Below the pieces are notes generated by a model. It was not told where the DNA came from, did not search any database, and worked only from the letters and a program-made list of their open reading frames with translations. 45,296 nt of DNA from Chthoniobacterales bacterium (GTDB lineage: Bacteria > Verrucomicrobiota > Verrucomicrobiia > Chthoniobacterales > JACTMZ01), in NCBI GenBank assembly GCA_040880825.1, contig JBBEEK010000020.1:1-45296 (forward strand), read 5' to 3'. Of this stretch, positions 44,966 to 45,296 are shown piece by piece (the first letter of the stretch is position 1; the number at the start of each line of letters is the position of its first letter). Both the position numbers and the translations under genes were made by a program.

Positions 44966-44986
44966 GGACACGCGGTCCGCGTGTCC
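44966..44986 (+). terminator. hairpin downstream of trpF (possible terminator, no U-tract)
   Basis: GGACACGCG-GTC-CGCGTGTCC: 9-bp stem, 3-nt loop. On the plus strand it is followed by GTTCC then A6, not a T-tract. Confidence 0.3.
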
Positions 44987-44990
44987 GTTC

Positions 44991-45021
44991 CAAAAAACAA
45001 GGACGAGCGAGCCGCTCGTCC
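44991..45021 (-). terminator. intrinsic terminator of the histidine kinase gene
   Basis: On the minus strand, a 9-bp GC-rich stem (45001-45009 / 45013-45021, 3-nt loop) starts directly after the TAG stop. It is followed by TTGTTTTTTGG (T6 = complement of 44992-44997). Confidence 0.6.
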
Positions 45022-45296
45022 CTACCTTGCCGCCTGCGGGAACCGGAGGCGCACCTCGGCGCCGCCCAGCGGGGAGCGACCGAAGGCGATCTCACCGCGG
45101 TGGTTTGCCACCGCAGTGCGCACGACATAGAGGCCAATGCCGGTGCCGCTTTCCTTGGTCGTGGTCAGCGGGACTTCCGCGGGACCGGCGGCCGGCCAGC
45201 CCGGGCCGCTGTCGTCGATGACGAGTTCTACGCCGTGGCCCGAGACATAGTGACGGCCAATCCGTAAGCCATGAAAGCGGCTGCGGCAAAACATCC
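45022..45296 (-). CDS. sensor histidine kinase, C-terminal HATPase_c fragment (5' end outside window)
   Basis: G2 box GTGIGLYVV and DDSGPG (G1-like) near the C-terminus. The ORF runs off the window edge. Confidence 0.7.
   Translation of the reverse strand, partial: MFCRSRFHGLRIGRHYVSGHGVELVIDDSGPGWPAAGPAEVPLTTTKESGTGIGLYVVRTAVANHRGEIAFGRSPLGGAEVRLRFPQAAR

Noticed and set aside
1-45296. Searched by eye for tRNA T-loop motifs (GGTTCGAATCC-like), rRNA, CRISPR repeat-spacer periodicity, inverted-repeat-bounded elements, and integrase/transposase/phage or toxin-antitoxin genes.
   Set aside because: None found. The only ggttcgaa string (about 18851) lies inside ftsY without a surrounding cloverleaf. 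Intergenic regions are all 180 nt or shorter. A tRNAscan/Infernal run could still reveal something I missed.

Overview
GC-rich (by eye roughly two-thirds G+C) bacterial chromosomal segment that reads as core genome, not an accessory island. I call 42 protein-coding genes, one of them cut by the window end. They sit in tight, often translationally coupled operons. In order: a 3D-domain lipoprotein; an 8-gene haem operon (hemX-like, hemA, hemC, cobA-hemD fusion, hemE, hemN, hemY, hemH); a GT2-asnB-GT4 glycan cassette; dac-pfk; ribBA-ribH-nusB-ftsY; three small envelope proteins (secreted orphan, membrane-anchored rhodanese, C39-like peptidase); a GH57 branching enzyme overlapped by an orphan secreted FlgD-Ig-like protein; mreB-mreC-mreD-mrdA-rng; a GldG-type ABC system with DUF4340; sucA-sucB plus a coupled TPR protein; an SLT lytic transglycosylase; menF-menD; a lysine-rich DUF2934 protein; a DUF360/holin-family membrane protein; trpF; and the 3' end of a histidine kinase. 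I found no rRNA, tRNA, CRISPR array, transposase/integrase or repeat family by eye. Gene content suggests a Gram-negative, possibly Verrucomicrobiota/Opitutales-like organism, but that is an impression I cannot test here. I do not see a clear-cut novel multi-gene system. The best leads are: (i) the orphan secreted FlgD-Ig-like protein overlapping the GH57 gene; (ii) the GldG/ABC/DUF4340 operon placed directly upstream of the mre cluster; (iii) the histone-H1-like DUF2934 protein; (iv) a SucB without an E3-binding domain, coupled to a secreted TPR protein; (v) the HemX-like gene coupled to a C-terminally short hemA. All functional calls come from motif recognition in the supplied translations, with no database search. 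Many long track ORFs are antisense or 5'-extended shadow ORFs typical of high-GC DNA and were not called.
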